A DNA stretch of 63,595 bases, counting the filler, from Sphacelaria rigidula (taxonomy: Eukaryota), in assembly GCA_964200075.2 (NCBI GenBank). It is 9 parts of 9 records of this genome, joined end to end, with 100 filler letters (N's around TTAATTAATTAA, not from the genome) between each part and the next. Parts side by side here need not be neighbours in the genome. Positions count along the whole stretch, not along the records: positions 56,619 to 63,595 come from CAXNAA020017120.1; 8 more parts are not named here. One strand, written 5' to 3'. How positions within the stretch are numbered: position 1 is the first letter of the stretch; every line of letters begins with the position of its first letter. The translations under genes were made by a program, and so were the position numbers. The notes under the pieces were generated by a model, which did no database searches, was not told where the DNA came from, and saw nothing but the letters and a program-made list of their open reading frames with translations. Below are positions 62,768 to 63,595 of the stretch, piece by piece.

Positions 62768-63595
62768 AAATGGGCCGTTTAGCGACGGGATCAGAAGAAA
62801 TTCGGAACATTATTTTGCAGGCTATTTACCAGCCCACGTTGGGTGTTGGTGTATTGAAACTTCATGTGGGGCGTGGCTAGGGCATAATCAACGAAACAAA
62901 GTGGGTGGGGTCGTTTTTTTCATCTTCTTCACTGGTTTAGGGCGTTTAAGTCTGGTAAAGACAATTTTTTCACGAGGACGCCTGAACCTCTCCAAAAAAA
63001 ATAAATGGAGGCCCATTTGTTTTCATTTTTTGCATACCTTTGTGGTCCGCCATGCTGAGTTTCAAATCACGATTCTAAAAATTGAGCTAAAAAAATGATA
63101 TAAGGCCCAAAAACAGTGTTCTTTTCTCCTCAAAACTGCCCCAAAAACCTGAAAAAAATGAAAAAAAACGAATAGAATGAAAAAGCCATGTTTACAAGCT
63201 TCATTATGCACTAGCTGTTCTCCGTACGAAATTTTATTGCATAACTCTCAAGCACTGAGACGCGATATCCAGGTTCAGCTAATCTAGCGCATCTGCTCGT
63301 AATGTACTAATATTAGTGTGAAAAATTATGTGCGCCATATCTCGAGATATATTACGAAGTAGGTGAAGGTGAGGGTATCTATCGTCTCCCCGTGCTCCAG
63401 GGAATGTCCACACCAAAGTCCGTCGTCATCCGCTGAATGCATCGATCGGGGGGTTCATACAGGTTTTAGTATGGACGCTATCTCCCCTAGATATAGGAAT
63501 TACTAGGCATGGGATTTAATCAACGAGAAAATATGGACCCGAAATTTTGAGTAGATGGGCACCTTCCCCTTGGTTAGACGATTAATACAATATGC

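Overview
This window is not one locus. It is nine unrelated contigs of about 6,977 bp (1-6978, 7079-14056, 14157-21133, 21234-28210, 28311-35287, 35388-42364, 42465-49441, 49542-56518, 56619-63595), joined by 100-bp N44-TTAATTAATTAA-N44 spacers. The DNA is eukaryotic, intron-rich and repeat-rich; its style suggests a brown alga or other stramenopile (inference). I reconstructed four partial spliced genes by hand with consistent intron phases: a HtrA/Deg protease (C-terminal PDZ part), a MAP kinase (N-terminus) lying head-to-head with SAS10/UTP3, and a FAN1-like VRR-NUC nuclease. There are also exons of two unidentified genes. The rest is mostly transposable-element material: a decayed Ty3/Gypsy element with a nested relative, a second Gypsy relic, a tRNA-derived SINE, LINE fragments, hAT-, piggyBac- and Tc1-like MITEs, foldbacks and microsatellites. 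The most notable observation is in two diverged Gypsy LTRs. They share a ~160-nt multi-hairpin core with compensatory changes and repeated UGAUGA-like loop motifs, and both have a perfect palindrome where a tRNA primer-binding site should be. A non-LTR 3'-end family that ends in, and sits within, C-tracts is also worth checking.
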